Origin: Octopus vulgaris
Taxonomy: Eukaryota
DNA: 64,000 nucleotides
NCBI GenBank assembly: GCA_951406725.2
Contig: OX597818.1
Span: 126,418,001 to 126,482,000 of the forward strand
Direction of reading: 5' to 3'
Part shown: positions 1-12,455 of the stretch, one piece after another
How positions within the stretch are numbered: position 1 is the first letter of the stretch
How the letters are laid out: every line of letters begins with the position of its first letter
The notes under the pieces: generated by a model
The model's database searches: none
What the model saw: the letters and a program-made list of their open reading frames with translations, nothing else
What the model was told of the DNA's origin: nothing
Program-made: the position numbers and the translations under genes

Positions 1-275
1 CCCTTAACGTAGTTCTCGGGGATATTCAGCGTGACACAGAGAGTGACGAGGCCGGCCCTTTGAAATACAGGTGCAACAGAAGCAGGAAGTAAGAGTGAGA
101 GAAAGTTGTGGTGAAAGAGTACAGCAGGGATCACCACCATCCCCTGCCGGAGCCTCGTGGAGCTTTTTAGGTGTTTTCGCTCAATAAACACTCACAACGC
201 CCGGTCTTGGAATCGAAACTGCGATCCTATGACCGCGAGTCCGCTGCCCTAACCACTGGGCCATTGCGCCTCCAC
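1..275 (-). mobile_element. tRNA-derived SINE, family A (3' part cut by window edge)
   Basis: Minus strand begins GTGGAGGCGCAATGGCCCAGTGGTTAGGGCAGCGGACTCGCGGTC...GTTTCGATTCC, a tRNA-like head with A/B boxes. Near-identical copy at 37933-38269. Confidence 0.85.
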
Positions 276-490
276 ACATATATATATATATATATATTAG
301 TAGTAGACTTATTACTATTCGCTATAGGGACTGGTAACCACTATGAGCTGTAGTAGAGAACAGTTCACAAGTATGCTGAGGCTGACCAAAGAATTATATT
401 TTTAGATATATCTGGGGTACTTATATGTACTCATGATTTTTGCTTCGGCTTTTTTCCATGGGCGCATGTAAGTATCTTATTTATATCCTT

Positions 491-564
491 TCGTATTTTC
501 TACTGAAGACGAAAAAATCTATTATGAGATTAATTTCGAAATTGATTCAATATAGAAATAACGA
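491..564 (+). ncRNA. Type I hammerhead ribozyme candidate
   Basis: Stem I TTTCTA/TAGAAA (extendable with TCGT/ACGA). Core CTGAAGA 503-509 plus one extra nt. Stem II GAAA..AATCT/AGATT..TTTC. GAAA 538-541. Near-palindromic stem III ATTGA-T-TCAAT. Cleavage triplet ATA (550-552). Confidence 0.7.
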
Positions 565-723
565 ACTTTTTTTTAAAATTCTATCGGCCGGCTTTCCTCG
601 TTTTCGGCTCTTCGTGTTTTTCCTGTAGTGAGTAATTAATATGTGGAATTTGACGATTTAAAAGTCTGTTATCAGCATATTGGCATAGAAATAATTTTCT
701 TTAGCCCTTATTTATAAGTTGTT

Positions 724-759
<36 letters not shown>

Positions 760-971
760 GTGTGTGTTTTGCGTATTTGCGTATGTATACACACACACAC
801 ACATATATATATACATATATATATGTATTATGTATATCTGTCACTATCTGTATCTCTATATCTATCTATCTATCTGTCTGTCTGTCTGTCCGTCTATATA
901 TGTGTATATATGTGTATATATATGTATATATATATGTATATATATGTATATATACATACACACACACACAT

Positions 972-1013
<42 letters not shown>

Positions 1014-1338
1014 CCTACACACACACACACATATATATATATAATATCCTACACACACACACATATATATATATATATAATATCCGTCTACACTCTAATC
1101 TAAAGACTGTGGCTAAAATGATTGTTACCTAACATTATATACATATATAACGGTTATATAAAAACTAAATATATCTACAAGTTTCAAATCGGATGCGTAC
1201 AATACTACAATTGACCTGAGACGTTAAACCATTGTTATTATACTTGCTTTGTTTAATCATGAAATGTTTAACAATTATTTGAATCTTATTTAAACCTTTT
1301 ATATTGCCTTCAATCATTTCTTTTTCTTTCTTTTGCAG

Positions 1339-2382
1339 TGGAGATGGCCGCACACAATATTTGTCCTCTATCGACTAGCTCTAGCCTTATATACATTAGG
1401 CGGCTTTGCGAATCATTATGCTGTGATGATTTCTCTGGATATATCGCATAACCCAATGGTATATTTGACATCATGGAGCTATTTGATGTTGGCATTACAT
1501 TGCAGCGTGGCAGCAGTTGTGACTACGTATAGCTACTACGTAATTTACAAAATTACACGTCTGAATACCTCTAATAAAACTGTACTGAAATGTATTTCTC
1601 CTTTGACAACACAAAAAACTAAGGAAAACGGTCATATTGCAGATGCTATGAATAACTGTGTTAATTACTCGGAGAATGATGCCCTTCCGGCTCGGAACAA
1701 TGAAAGCGAATATCAGAACCAGGATGAGGAAAATTTCATGAAGACTTCAAAATCATCAGAGCCAATTGCAGTGCAACATCTTTGCGTTGACGCCCATCAT
1801 TCGATTGAAACTTGCAAAGGGACAACGTTCGGGTGTTCACTACCGGGTGCACACCAATCAAACATGGTTTGGCGGGTAGACGTAACAGGAGCCAAGACAA
1901 TATGTGTCAAAAATCTCGACAAAATCTGTTGGTTTATGAAATTAACATGGCTGCTTTTTGACATAGCATCTGTTGCGGCCATCATGGTTAGTTGCATTTA
2001 TTTCATCACCATCTTCCCACAAAATCATTCCCACGGAGAATCGGTTACATTTCAGGATCTCAACACGCATGCATTCAACTCACTAATCGTAATATTTGAA
2101 CTTGCTATTACCGCATATCCAATACGTCTACTACACGTACTCTATCCTTTTCTATTTGGTATCGTGTATATCATATTTAACGTTATATATTGGACACAGG
2201 ACCGAGTAAAAAACGTTTTATATTCTGATATCTTGGACTGGAACCTCCCTGAGAAAGCAGTTCTACTGATAACGGTCTTACTATTTGTTTTGGTACCAGT
2301 TCAACAGTGTTTTCATTTTCTTGTGTACAAACTTCGTCTTTACATATATTTCAGAATCTATAAACAACATTATAACTCTTGA
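1339..2382 (+). CDS. rost: Terminal coding exon of a protein rolling stone-like (FAR-17a/AIG1-like fold) multi-pass membrane protein; upstream exon(s) not identified in the window
   Basis: Polypyrimidine tract plus TTGCAG acceptor ends at 1338, then the frame is open to TGA at 2380-2382. Motifs YRLALALY, VYLTSWSY, MKLTWLL, THAFNS, YPIRLLH..YP..FG..Y and ILDWNLP match the rolling stone family pattern as I recall it. Several hydrophobic helices are present. Confidence 0.85.
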   Translation, partial: WRWPHTIFVLYRLALALYTLGGFANHYAVMISLDISHNPMVYLTSWSYLMLALHCSVAAVVTTYSYYVIYKITRLNTSNKTVLKCISPLTTQKTKENGHIADAMNNCVNYSENDALPARNNESEYQNQDEENFMKTSKSSEPIAVQHLCVDAHHSIETCKGTTFGCSLPGAHQSNMVWRVDVTGAKTICVKNLDKICWFMKLTWLLFDIASVAAIMVSCIYFITIFPQNHSHGESVTFQDLNTHAFNSLIVIFELAITAYPIRLLHVLYPFLFGIVYIIFNVIYWTQDRVKNVLYSDILDWNLPEKAVLLITVLLFVLVPVQQCFHFLVYKLRLYIYFRIYKQHYNS

Positions 2383-2398
2383 GGAAGCAAGTAACAGC

Positions 2399-2492
<94 letters not shown>

Positions 2493-3414
2493 CTGGTATG
2501 CGTGTGATATGAGTGTATTTGTTCCAATATAACCTCGAAAGAATGACAATAAGAAATGTGCAAGGAACACAAGAAAGAGAGAGAGAGAGAGAGAGGGAAA
2601 ATGTATGAACTAGAGAAACGAGAAAATATGCAAAGAAAGGACATGGAGTATGTGACTATGAGTGTTAGACAATATTTGTGATATCAGAGATTTAATATCA
2701 ATATAACTGTCCTTGGTGTGTGTGCATGCATGCATGTGCGTTTATGAGGGAACATAAAATATCCACTCACACCAAACACACACTCATAAACATATATATA
2801 TACATAGCTTTTGTGCGTGTGTGTGTGTGTGTGTTTGTGTGTATCTGTTTGTGTGCAAATGTATGAGTTTGAGCGTGTGCTTGTGTATATGTATGGATGT
2901 GAAATCTGTGTTTAAAACTGGTAAAGAAGTCCAGTTATGCTATTAAGTAAAAATATGAAATACATAATTAAAAAATTGATAACTTTTTATTGACGAAAGG
3001 GTTCATCTTGGGGTAACAAAACTGACTGGCAGTTTACTTGTGATAAACTGCTTAATTATCAAGATTGATATATTTATATTATTTAAAAGTTACTATATTT
3101 AAAAATGCAACAAAAAACGGAAAGAGTAACCAAGTTTCATTCTTCACCTTTCAGATTCTAAATTTTATACCATTTTTGCCAAAATTTGCTCTAAATGCAA
3201 CGCATCGTTCTGTCAAGCCAACTTTGCTGCAAAAACTTTTTCTTACTAATGATGTAAAAATCTCAAATGTTGAATTAAATGGATAGCCTCAAATCCCCAA
3301 AATAAAACAAAAGCTCCCTCAAATTTTCAAAATAGATATTTTAAGAATGAATATACACAATTTACTAGGGAAATTAATTTCTTTAATTTTGATTTCAAAT
3401 TTCGGAGGAATAGA

Positions 3415-3587
3415 TAAGTCTATTAAATCAACCCCAGTGTTCAAATAGTACTCATTTTATCAACCACGAAAAGAATGAAATGTAAAGTCGACCTCGGCGG
3501 AGTTTGAACTCAGAACGCAATGACGGATGAAAAGCCGCTAAGCATTTTGCCCATCGAGCTAACGATCTTGCTAGCACATCGACTTAG
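3415..3587 (-). mobile_element. tRNA-derived SINE, family B (diverged)
   Basis: Reverse complement of the family B core (GTTCTGAGTTCAAA..CCGCCGAGGTCGACTTT..TTTCATTCTTTTCGTGG). Confidence 0.75.
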
Positions 3588-4317
3588 GCATTTCTTCAGT
3601 TTTACCACTAAAAAGACCACCACCAGCATTCATGATGCTACAATTGATCAGGACTGAACATAAATCTACACGTATCTACAAAAGTATATATATATAAGTC
3701 TACGCTGATTCAAGCATGAGCAAGGATTTTGATAAAATAAAGCAATCAATGATTTTTAATGCGGCTAGTTTCCCGTCTCTTTGTTACCGATATTGTCCAA
3801 GGGAAATGTTGAGGTCCTATGAGATTTTCTGGCCTAGCACACTAGTTTTGTCGCGAGCGACTCAAAATTCAAAGAGCCAGGACAAATACTAGGTATTTCA
3901 TCCTACGTTCTAACAATTCTGCCAATGTACTAGTATTTGGATGAGCATCTTTATTTAATCGCAGCCTATTCCCCGGGAGAATGAAAAGCAAAGCAACCTC
4001 GGTTGAATTTGAACTCGGAATGTAAAGCGCCGGAGTAAATACAACCGAGTATTTTGTTTGAGCCAGTCAATCTATCATCCAGGATTAGTATGCTATTGCG
4101 TTGAAAGACGAAAAGGTTTTGGGATTTGAACTCAAATGTAAAGAGAAGAAACAAATACCGCGAAACAAATGCTACATTTTTGCTCGATGCTTTAACAATA
4201 CTGCTGTTCCAATCAATACCTTATCACTATCATTATGACAACAATAGCAGCATTGCCTGTAGCATAATTCTAAACATTATCCCAAACATTAACAATAAAA
4301 CCGTCATTTACCTGATA

Positions 4318-4535
4318 TAAGGCGGCGAGCAGGCATTATCGTGAGCACGCCGGACAAATAAAATGCTTAGCGGCATTTCTTCCTGCTTTACGCCCTGAGT
4401 TCAAATTCCGCTGAGGTCGACTTTGCTTGTCATCCTTTAGAGGTCGATAAAATAAGTATCAGTTGATTACGGGGGTCGATCTAATCGATCTATAGCTGTC
4501 TTAAAATTGCTGGCCTAGTACCAAAATTTCAAACT
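4318..4535 (+). mobile_element. tRNA-derived SINE, family B
   Basis: TAAGGCGGCGAGCAGGCA...GAGTTCAAATTCCGCTGAGGTCGACTTTGC..TCATCCTTT..GGTCGATAAAATAAGTATCAG; homologous to 9284-9500 and 34740-34941. Confidence 0.8.
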
Positions 4536-5010
4536 AATATTTAGCTGATATGGGCAATAGATTGGGAGAGATCCTCAGAACATGGAATGCAATACTACCT
4601 TGCATAGTTATTTGCGGACCTTTACATCCTGACTTCAAATCCCATCAACATCTAATTTGCCTTTCATCATTTCTGGTTCAATAAAATACACGTTAGTCAA
4701 TAAAGTACATGCTATTTAATCGATTTTACTGACCCATCTCCCAAATTCCAAATAAATATTTCTGGCCTTGTGCAACACAACTACTGGCTGTATAATACGC
4801 ATGTATGTTGCGATTTATAGCTATACATACAATATTATATGTTAAATATGCTGAGAGTTAAAAGTCATCATGATTAGCATTATTGCAATAAGATAAGATT
4901 TGCCCAACTTGGTCGCGTGACTTGCTGAAAATCGCAACTAAATTTTCTATAATAGCACCGAATGTTTTGACTAAGGAAAGCAAATATTAGATCATGCTTA
5001 GGCCAACACA

Positions 5011-5390
5011 TCTATTATATAAAATGTTCTATCTGTCAGTGTGTCTTCTAGGATCTCGGGCATCCTCCATCTGATTGCGCTCAAATTTGATATGTAGATA
5101 CCGACGGTATCAGGGCGAGTATAAGTCTTGAAAAAATTGCAAAAGTCGATTCCAGGTGAGAATGCGATCGATAAAGCCGTGTGAACGTGCATTTGTACGC
5201 GCAAGTACATCAGCTGTTGCGATCGATGCTACGCGTACACGAGAAAAATGCACGTGCAGTTTGCGCTAAAAAAGCCGGCTGGCTTGAAATAATGCCACAA
5301 AATGCAGTATATTTAAGAGACCCCAAAAGTAAGATGCAAAAGAGATATTTTCCTCAAACTTAGCACGAAGGAAGTAAAGACTATTTGGTT
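5011..5390 (+). mobile_element. Probable non-autonomous Helitron 5' part (3' end not resolved)
   Basis: Starts A|TCTATTATATAAAA followed by a TCTGTC-type tract, like the 5' end of the element at 26860. No clear 3' hairpin-CTAG found. Confidence 0.4.
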
Positions 5391-5749
5391 TCTCCTATAT
5401 ATATTTCTTCTTTTGCTGGTGTCTCCAGTTTAGTTTAAATCAGTGTTTCTCAAAGGGGAGACCTATGGGACAGTCGGACAAGTTGTTTTGAGAAAATTTG
5501 GTTTAAATGTTTGACAACTCAGCACCATCCATTGGCCGGGGGGCGTTTGCTCCTCCATAAAATAAGATGGGATGGTCACAAGTTGAATCCGTTTCGATCA
5601 GGACTGACCTAGGACTAAACAACAACAGCAACATCATGATCAACGTTGATGCGCAGTTGTGTACGCGCACACACAAATGTATACTTACGTATACTCATGC
5701 ATACATACATATATAAATATATATACATATACTTATATGTATATGTATA

Positions 5750-5792
<43 letters not shown>

Positions 5793-5826
5793 GTATATAT
5801 ATTTATATATATATATATATATATAT

Positions 5827-5883
<57 letters not shown>

Positions 5884-7301
5884 CTCATCTACACACTCGA
5901 ACTTAGATGGCTGTTGAATCCCTTGAGTTCATTCACTACAAAATCGGCCCTCTCATAACCACAAACTGCCTTCACCACCACCATCACCATTAATCTCATG
6001 ACAAACTAAATGGATCATAAAATAAATCTATGAATACATTAAGGAAAGCAATAGCACCAGAATTGACCCAGAGCCAAACCAGACATCTAGTGTATAAGGA
6101 TAATTATAAATCGTAGATTTGTAGGGATAATGTCTGCATTTGCCAGTGTATAAGGATAATTAAGGATGGTGTCGACATTTGCTATGATCAGATTAACAAT
6201 ATGTGAAGATGTGTGTTTTGTTAGTGTATGGCGTCGGTGGTGTGTAGTAATGATAGAGGTGCTCATATTTATATGATCTTGCTCTTTGTTATCGTTTGCT
6301 CCCAGATCAACACTGATCGTGAAAACCAATGTTCAGTGGCTTTCTAACTATGACAATACTGATCTTCAAAGGATATCTAGTACTATAATGTCTAATAGTA
6401 GGCTGTGATTATAAGGCGTTTTGTCAGATATTTCTTACGAGTCGAACTGGCGGCGTCGTTAGAATGTCGGATAGTATGAATTTTTGGGCTCTGACTTGTC
6501 ACTTGACAAAAAGATTAAGAAAAACGGCCCTTCGCTGTGCTTCCTAGTATTCTGTAGCGATATACCTGTTATATGGCTGTAACTTGTGTCAAGAGAGTTA
6601 TGCATAAATATGTGATATGGAGCTGTGATGACAGAAGTATTATATTAGTGTGAGATATTGAGCTGTGATGCGGGATGTTATATACTGACATGTGGTATTG
6701 AAATGAGAAGAAAGATTTGAAATTGACGGAGAAAATTTTACATTTGTGTGCGAAATTGAGCAATAAGCATACAAGAGTTACATTAATTTGTGATATTAAA
6801 CTGTGGCGATAAAGAAATGTTATGTGTTTGTATGCTTGCAAGGTGTGATAACATTAATTACATTGGTGTAACATGACGATGGATTCGAGAAGAACACCTT
6901 AGACTAAAGTCATATTTCTTAGATAGGGCACAAAATCCCTTTCTAAAATATTAGACTCCGCTTCATTTTCCGATATTCCGGCGTATATACCTCTGTTGGT
7001 TTATTTCCCTATTAGTAGTTGTAGTAACTTGACCTGCTAAAATCAGTAAACAAATCATTTTGAACAATTTTGCATTACTGTAATTCACATCATGGTGGTG
7101 GTAGTGGTGTTGGTGGTGGTGACTATACTAATTTGTTTTAAGCCTACGCATCTAAAGACGTGTTCCACATGATGAGTTGGTTGGGACTAGAAATCTCGAA
7201 CCATTTACTTTTGCCTTCAGCGTATCCCAAGCTTGTCTCAAGTAGAGTACATACGGGTTACTAAAGAACATCAACACAACATTATCCTGCAAACAACAGC
7301 C

Positions 7302-7332
<31 letters not shown>

Positions 7333-7644
7333 CGCTTCTCATCTTCTTATAAGATCACCATGTCGTGCACATATGGTTGTGATGCATGTGTCTGATGTAC
7401 CCTCATCAGACGGATAGCCATGCTATTGGGTTTCATATATTTGTACCCCAGTATCACTTTGATGGCATGCATTGCTTTCTCACTCAATGATGATGATGAT
7501 GATGATGATTATCTTTTCTAATATAGGTACAAGGCCTGAAATATCGAAGGAGGGAACAAGTCGATTACATCGACCCCGGTATGACTGTTACTTAATTTAT
7601 CGATCCCGAAAGGATGAAAGGTTCATAATAATAATAATAATAAT

Positions 7645-7694
<50 letters not shown>

Positions 7695-8029
7695 CAACAA
7701 CAATAAAAAGCTCCCTCACTGCCGCTATGTGTCAAATATTCACCAATCACAACACTCAATTATAATTACCCAGAGTAATTACAAGAACATTTCCGTCAAT
7801 GATAGTGTTTTTTATCTTTCACAATTAACACATTTCCCGCAAACATACATTTATTATTCTCCTTACTGAAATCCCAAGGAAACTATTCTTCATTACTAGG
7901 AAGAGTCAACAAATTAACACTTCCTGCACCACCTTCTCTACACTGTCAGTAAAAATATAAATTAAAATAATTTATTTCGTTCTGTGCAAATATCTTATAA
8001 ATTTTAAAAAGATATATATAAATTTCCAA

Positions 8030-9060
8030 ATGCAATAATTAATTACTGCTTATCTCTGAACTGTTCTTAAATTGAGTAATTATCACATTGAGATATTTCC
8101 ACATTTACCTCTTCTTTAATTGAGTCATTGTTAAACTGTGTTGTTCCTTCTATTGAGTACAACTCAATCGTAAGTCCTTATGCAGAGTATGTCTTCTGAC
8201 TAGCTGTTCTAACAGTGAATAGTTATTACATTGAAGTATTATTATATTAAGCAGTTCTGAAATTGAGTCATTCCTAAATTAAGTATGTCTTACACTGAAC
8301 AGTTCTGAAATTGCTATATTCTTATATAGAGAACTTCTTACATTCAGCAGTGTTTACATTGCGCACATATTGCATTTACTAGTTATTACAGTAAAGTATT
8401 CTTACATTGGGCTGTTCTTACATTGAATATCCTTTCATTTAATGATTAGCTCTGGCACTGAACTAATAATATATTGAATCATTATTTAACTGAGTATTGC
8501 TTACACTAAGGTTTTCTTAAATTGATGAGTTTCTACCTCTTGTCTTCATGTATTCAGCAGTTCTTATTTTGAGAAATTCTTACATTAAGTGTTATACCGA
8601 GTTCTCACATTGATAAGTTCTTACACTCACAAACTCTTAGACTGAGCAGGCCTTATGCTGGAGCAATTCTTACAATGGTCAATATAATAGTCAATTCTTA
8701 TATATAGCAATTCTTACAATGAGTAATTCTTGCATTGTATAATTCTTACAGTGGGTAGTTGCTACACTGATTATACATACATTAAGTTAGTTATGTATTG
8801 AGTCATTATTAAATTCAGCATTTCTTACATAGAGCCACTATCACATTGACCAATTTTAAATTGAGTAATCCTTACATTGAGTAAATATTACCTTAATCAA
8901 TTCTTAACTAGAACTGTTCTTGCATTGACCAAATTTGCATTGGGAAATTCTTACATTGAAATAATTTCTGCATTGGGCAATTCTTCAACTGATCCATTCT
9001 TAACAGTGATGGATTCTTAAATTCTGTAATTCTTTCATTGAGCTTTCACTGAACAAGACT
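8030..9060. repeat. Degenerate 16-bp minisatellite (consensus ~ATTCTTACATTGAGTA)
   Basis: Consecutive 16-mers such as ATTCTTACAATGAGTA ATTCTTGCATTGTATA ATTCTTACAGTGGGTA around 8710-8760; the motif recurs through about 1 kb. Confidence 0.75.
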
Positions 9061-9283
9061 TTCACCGAATCATTCTGATTGTTGTAAAATGTATTCATCT
9101 CATCGTTATAATTTTTGTTTCAAATTAAAACAGTTGTTTTCAGTACATTTGTTTGTAATTCTTTTCACTACGCTCTTGTTGTTGTTTTTGCTGATTTTGT
9201 GCAGGTATTTGTTTCTGTGACAACTCTCTTCCAGAAGCAACCAGAAAAGAACAGATGAAGCGAGAGAAGAACTTCACTCCATT

Positions 9284-9500
9284 GCAGAAACGTTAGAACG
9301 CCGGGCGAAATGCTTTGCGGTATTTCGTCCGCCGCTGCGTTCTGAGTTAAAATTCCGCCGAGCTCGACTTTGCCTTTCATCCTTTCGGGGTCGATAAATT
9401 AAGTACCAGTTACGCACTGGAGTCGATGTAATCGACTTAATACGTTTGTCTGTCCTTGTTTGTCCTCTCTGTGTTTAGCCCCTTGTGGGTAGTAAAGAAA
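9284..9500 (+). mobile_element. tRNA-derived SINE, family B (well conserved)
   Basis: GCAGAAACGTTAGAACGCCGGGCGAAATGC...GCCTTTCATCCTTTCGGGGTCGATAAATTAAGTACCAG...CCCCTTGTGGGTAGTAAAGAAA. Confidence 0.85.
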
Positions 9501-10985
9501 AATATGTTACTGGAATTACCTATATTACTTACTCTGTGTTGTATGTGACAGTTAATTAATAAGAGACCCCAATCGAGCGGGTTTCAAATTCTCGGTTGAA
9601 GTTTTTTTCTATTTTATTTACAGCAGAAATTCATTGCAACAGAATGGCATGAAGAGCACGAAATCCTATTACTACTTTCGATATATTCATAAACTTGTGG
9701 CCTAAGTATGTAAGAAATCATTATCAGATAAAATAGAATCCAAGGAGAGTGGTAGTAAGATTTGTTTTATTAGTAAAAGGCGAAAGAAAGAGTGCAGTGA
9801 AATTATCACGAATCCCATATCAGTTGCAGCCACTTTCTCAAACATAGAGGTCTTAAAACTCTACTTTCTTTTATTTCCATCCTCTCTACTCTACTTTGAA
9901 GAAGGGCCCAATTCGAAACGTTGGACATTCCACTCCACACGTCAATTCGACTTTACTTTTTCTCTCACGTTTTTCAAGTAGTCAGAATGTTGCATTTTAC
10001 CCCAATTTCATTCAATTACCGAATTTTTTCTTTCTTTCTTTTTGTTTGTTTGTTTGTTTGTTGGTTTCTTTCTTTCTATCTTTCTTTCTTTCTTCCTTGC
10101 TTTCTTTCTGTCTTTCTTTCTGTCTTTCTTTCTTTCTTTTATGTAGTTCTTTGTTCTTATTTTTCTTTCTTTTGCTTTACTTTCTCTCCGTGCAAAATGA
10201 GAACCTTATGTCTTCCAAATTTCAATTAAATTTGTTTTACTAACATAACGGGTTCGATTCAGTTCGATTCGTCCTTTACGAAGTTTTAGCTTTCTTATAC
10301 CAATGTATTTTTGGTGTTTCAACTTCTGTAAATACCAACAGATGATTGCGAAAGTTGAGTATTGAGAATGTATTTGCTGTAAACGTTTCATGTACGCACG
10401 CGTGTTTGCATGTAGGTGTTGTGTGTATGTAAATATTATTTGTTTATGTATTAGTGTTTAAAGAATTTACAAGATAATTTTCTGATAACAGTGAAATATT
10501 TCAACAGATATGAAAAAAGTCGATGGTTAAGTCCTCGGTAAGAAAATATAAGCTCTAAAGTATGCATCTATGTACGAAACCCGATGCAGTCCTTGAGGAT
10601 AAGCCTGCTTGATCAGGGCTGACTTAGTCGAAATAGGTTCATAGACTAGGGAGATGAGGTGGCATGCGTACGACTATGTATCTAAATCATGGCATGGCTA
10701 CAGAAATGTGCAACTCCCCCGATTTTGTTTCCCCATAACGTTCTTAAAAATATATGTTTTTAATAAAGTTTTCCAGAGATACATTTTAGATGAAGCAATT
10801 TGGAACAAAAACAAAACAAAAATGGGGGGGGAGGAATTGCAAAAGAAGAGTCATTTCTTTGCACCAATGAATATGTTTGAGGATAATTTTCCAGAGATAT
10901 ATTTTTGGGTTTGTAAGTTACGAATATCTTGACAAAATTATTTTAAAAAATAAAATAAATAGCATCGGAAAGATAACTTATATCT

Positions 10986-11240
10986 TTTTTCTTTCACTTG
11001 CTTCAGTTATTTGACTGCGGCCATGCTGGAGCACCACCTTGAAGAGTTTTAGTCGAACGAGTCAACCCCGGGACTTATTTCTATTTTATTTTAAGCCTCG
11101 TATTTATTCTATTGGTCTCTTTTACCGGCCTGCTAAGTTACGGGAACGTAAACACACCAGCCGCGGTTGTCAAGCGATGGTGGAGGACAAGCACAGGCAC
11201 AAAGACCCCCCCAACACACACACACACACGCACACACATA
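10986..11240 (-). mobile_element. SINE family C, 3' half
   Basis: TGACTGCGGCCATGCTGGAGCACC... is the reverse complement of the 3' end of the copy at 24869-25250. Confidence 0.75.
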
Positions 11241-11330
11241 TATCTGTGTGGTCACTTCGTTAAGCTGAACTCTTGAATTCTTCCAAATCTGAAATAACTG
11301 GCGCCACCCGCACATACTTTTGTTGCACAC

Positions 11331-11715
11331 AGGCGTGGCTGTGTGGTTAGAAGCTTACTTCCAAACCACACGGTTCCGGGTTCAGTCCCACTGCATGGCA
11401 CCCCGGGCAAGTGCTTTTTACTATGTGTCAAAATATTTCAGACGCTTTGAAACCGCGACCTGTGGAAATGAATCTAACGGTTTTTAGTGTGTGCTTAAAT
11501 GGCTTATAAACATTTTCCATGCTGCAAATACTCATAAATTTAAATAAAAGCAAGAAAACAACTGAACGAATACTGAAAATCTTTGTTGCACATGCACACT
11601 GACGTTGCACATGCATCAGAGTGTGTTGGCTTCAATCTTTTCAAGCCTTTGCATATCCTCTATATTCACATGATTTGGATGACAGAAACAGAAAGAAGCC
11701 CGTCGTGTGTGCATA

Positions 11716-11772
<57 letters not shown>

Positions 11773-11777
11773 ATATA

Positions 11778-11820
<43 letters not shown>

Positions 11821-12290
11821 CATATAATAAAGGGGAAAAAATCATTCATGAATCCATCAGGTGGTCAGCACGAAAATAAAAAAATGCATTGTAGGTAAAT
11901 TCTCTAAATACTATATTAATAATCATATACATAGTTATAACAAGGGATCGGAAACAAGCCTCTCCACGTGCTGAAAATAGACGCCAAATGACGCTAAAAA
12001 TCACCTAAAAGCCACGTGAGAGGCTTCTTTCCGATCCCTTATTATAATCATATACATAATTATTAATATGTGTGTGTGTGAGTGTGTGCATGCGTGTCTT
12101 TGTGTCTGTATTTGTCCCCCTTTCACTGCTTGACAACTCGTCCCTGTTACTTAGTGGTTCGGCAACTTAGCGGTTCGACAAGAGGAGACATATGGAATAA
12201 GTACCAGGCTTAAAAATTAAGTCCTGAGGTCGATTTGTTCGACTAAAACCCTTCAAGGTGGTGCTCCAGCATAGCCGCAGTCGAAAGAAT
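11331..12290 (+). mobile_element. SINE family C split by two nested insertions (about 11425-11660 and 11820-12070)
   Basis: Head GGCGTGGCTGTGTGGTTAG..GGTTCAGTCCC at 11331. It resumes at about 11668 (GATTTGG..GAAAGAAGCCCGTCG), runs into (TA)n, and the 3' half follows at 12085-12290. Confidence 0.65.
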
Positions 12291-12299
12291 AAAAAAGTA

Positions 12300-12455
12300 T
12301 ATACGACGGGCTTCCTTCAGTTTCCTTCTACCAAATCCTATCACAAGGTTTTGGGCGGCCCCAAGCAATAGTAAAAGACACCAACCGGAGGTGCTACGCA
12401 ATGGGACTGAACCGGGAACCATGTGGTTGGAAAGCAAGTTCCTTAACAGACAGCC
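12300..12455 (-). mobile_element. SINE family C, 5' half
   Basis: CGACGGGCTTC...GGGACTGAACCGGGAACCATGTGGTTGG is the reverse complement of the family C head. Confidence 0.75.

Noticed and set aside
200-275. tRNA-Arg-like gene (also 38195-38269)
   Set aside because: It is the head of a multi-copy SINE, continuing into a shared SINE body.
8030-9060. CRISPR-like periodicity
   Set aside because: Units are adjacent, degenerate 16-mers with no unique spacers; the context is eukaryotic and there are no cas genes.
9205-9296. Possible small exon after a TTTTGTGCAG acceptor-like site
   Set aside because: Short, runs into a SINE, no recognisable peptide and no partner exon.
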